DNA of 64,000 nt from Takakia lepidozioides (lineage: Eukaryota; Plantae; Bryophyta). Shown here piece by piece: positions 61,700-64,000 of this stretch; position 1 is the first letter of the stretch; each line of letters starts with the position of its first letter. The notes under the pieces were generated by a model, which was given only the letters and a program-made list of their open reading frames with translations, was not told the origin of the DNA and made no database searches. The stretch is from positions 46,066,001-46,130,000 of the forward strand of contig CM060731.1 of the NCBI GenBank assembly GCA_030704615.1. The letters are read 5' to 3'. The translations under genes were made by a program, and so were the position numbers.

Positions 61700-64000
61700 A
61701 GGTTAGCAAAACCACCTACCAATCTTTGTTAGCCAATGTATGTTGCCATCTTTCTCAAGTGCCCTCACTTGGAAGGTCACTGCGAAATGTGCAAGTCTCC
61801 AGTTTTTCTTTCTTGTTTTAATTTCTAGGGAAGGGGAGACACCCCAGATCAAACTAATAAACAGAATACTTTGAATAGAAGGGTTTCTCTCTGTCCCTGT
61901 CCTTGGACATTATAAAGTTTTTCTCTTTCTGTCTATCCCTGTTTACACTAAACCCTGAATGACAGTGTCAACCACAGCAATACATGTGAGGTCTACGTTC
62001 AGCGCTGATAACATAATGCTGGTCCTTAAACCTACATTCAGTTTCGTTTAAATTGGATTGTTGTCGGCTATCAGCTTGCAGCTTCTTAGAGACTTGTGTT
62101 CCTCCTCTGAGTGTGAAAGCCAGTTGTTGTTACTCAGGGTTCTTGCATTTGTGAGGTATGTTGGACACCTTCCAGGGTACTGTTCGGTCACAAGGGAAAA
62201 CCTGAGCTGGACACAAACAGGTGATAATCTGTTGTGATGTTGCAGGCTGTATCATGAGAACTAGATGGGATTGCAAGCTGCTCAGATCAAGCATTCTTTC
62301 GTAGCATTGGATCTTTTCTTTTGGCAGTTGGATGCAGTAACGTCATGCTCGGCAATCTTGAGATATCTGGGGTGCTTTGCTTGAGGACATAATTCACAAG
62401 GTAAGAACAAACTTGGAAATGCATGCTGCTCAGGGCACTGTTTATTAGGATATTCCCACTCGAGGCTTACCGGTGTAAGCAATGGCTCTGTCACAATGGT
62501 AAAATGGATCCTGTTGCAAAATCTTCTCACCAATACTCTCACAAGAGCACTCCTGAACTCCAAACTTGGTTCAACATATATTTGTTTTAACCTTTGCAGG
62601 TGGTGTTCCAGCCTACCAGATGGTGAATATGGCAAAGTTAGAGCATACGTCATGTGGTTGTTGGAGAGCAATTCTACCAAAGCAATGTTAAATCTTCACA
62701 GCTGCACAGGTGAGGATCAGTCGTGGACAAATATTGCAATATTGCACATGCTATGTTGTCCCTCTCCCCTCTAATACCATGTATTGGGTCATGTGCTAGA
62801 AGAATCCTAATCCTGTATTAATTTCCCTATCCAGCGTACAATCCATGTTGCAAAATATCTACAGTCTTCAGGAAGGTCATGCAACACCTTCACAGTAGAG
62901 AGCGCTTGTGTTAGAAGGTGTTGCAGGTTTAAATGCAAGGAAAGTCCTTCTGGTGTGTATGCACGGTTAGGAGGTCTTCAAGGAGAGCCTAGTGCAATGT
63001 TTGAGAGCTAGTATATCCCAAGGCTTGCATGGTGTTGCAAGGGAGAGTGCTTGTATGTGCACTTAGGGTTTCAGAGCTTGAAAAGAGGGCTCTTGCATCA
63101 CAAGAGGAGTGTCTTGTGTATGGAAAGAAGAGAATATAGGGTTTTTGGAGCTTTGCAAGGCTTTATGGAGTGAAGGCGTGTATGTTACGACATTTGGATA
63201 GCCACCAAGAGGCTATGGAGTGCTTCTTCTTGCTAAAGTCAAGCTAGATTCAAGGTTTCCATGGTGTGGAAGGAGAGCCAAGGAGCGGCGCGAGCTTGGG
63301 CTTGAAGCACAAGGAAGGAAGAGGGCTGATTTCCCTTGTGAGGAGGGAGTGCATGTGTGGAGCATGCTTTCAGCCCATTGAGCCCATTGAGGCTTGTACT
63401 TTAAGTTTTTGGAGTGCAAGAAAGGAAGGAAGGGGCTGATTTCTCTTGATTAGTCACACTATTGGACAATGTAATTGATAGAATACAGTACAAAGGGTCA
63501 AACTTCCCTATAGCAATAGCTTGCAGCATAGTTTTGCTGCAAACTCTTTGGGTTCTCTGTTGCCTTAGCCAAGGCGGTTGGTGTAATCTGGAAGTGTGAT
63601 CTAAATGACTCTAAATGACTCTACTACATCCAAGATCAGTTGGATAACCAGATGAGAGAAATAGATCATCTTCTCGAACAATTATCAAATATGTCAAGCA
63701 CGACTGCCAGGGCTATTCCCACTATGATGGCTCATGAGTACGTGGAGTTTCAGACTGAACTCGAACTCGATAGAGAGAGAAGACTCCGGCCGTAACCGGC
63801 GTAACTAAGAGCCACTTCACCTTGCAGCTACCACCCCCTTTGGGGGGTGGGCCCTATAACTCGATCTGAATATTGGACGATCTGAATATTGGACGAGAGG
63901 TCGATTTGGAAGATGACATTTTGGAAGATGACAATTTGTCAAAAGCTCAAGAACCTATTGTTACATATTACTGTGTGTGCAAGCCTAGCAAACCTTCGCT

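Noticed and set aside
62282-62774. 132-aa and 92-aa overlapping ORFs downstream of the PPR gene
   Set aside because: No recognisable motif or splice-supported model.

Overview
Eukaryotic land-plant genomic DNA. CEP104 points to a lineage with flagellated sperm, and the intronless PLS-DYW PPR fits a bryophyte, lycophyte or fern; the lineage is an inference. Contents: (1) A ~29-kb multi-exon CEP104-like gene on the minus strand (4167-32924). It carries an unusual ~20 x 17-aa repeat exon. Its introns hold two RTEX-like LINE families, A with a (CT) tail and B with an (ATTTC)n tail, which repeatedly insert into themselves and into each other, twice at the identical nucleotide. (2) A SPIRAL1-like gene. 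(3) A 15.1-kb Mutator-like element (36111-51241) with a 9-bp TSD. Its 1.6-2.3-kb foldback TIRs are built from a GTAACCC(T) motif that also fills its introns, its intergenic spacer and one coding segment. It encodes a SWIM-type transposase and a convergent zinc-finger/Ulp1-like gene, and it is nested in the tail of an internally deleted L1-like element. (4) A 500-N gap with a probably artefactual 4.3-kb duplication around it. (5) An intact PLS-E-DYW RNA-editing PPR gene. All homology calls come from recalled motifs; no database search was run.
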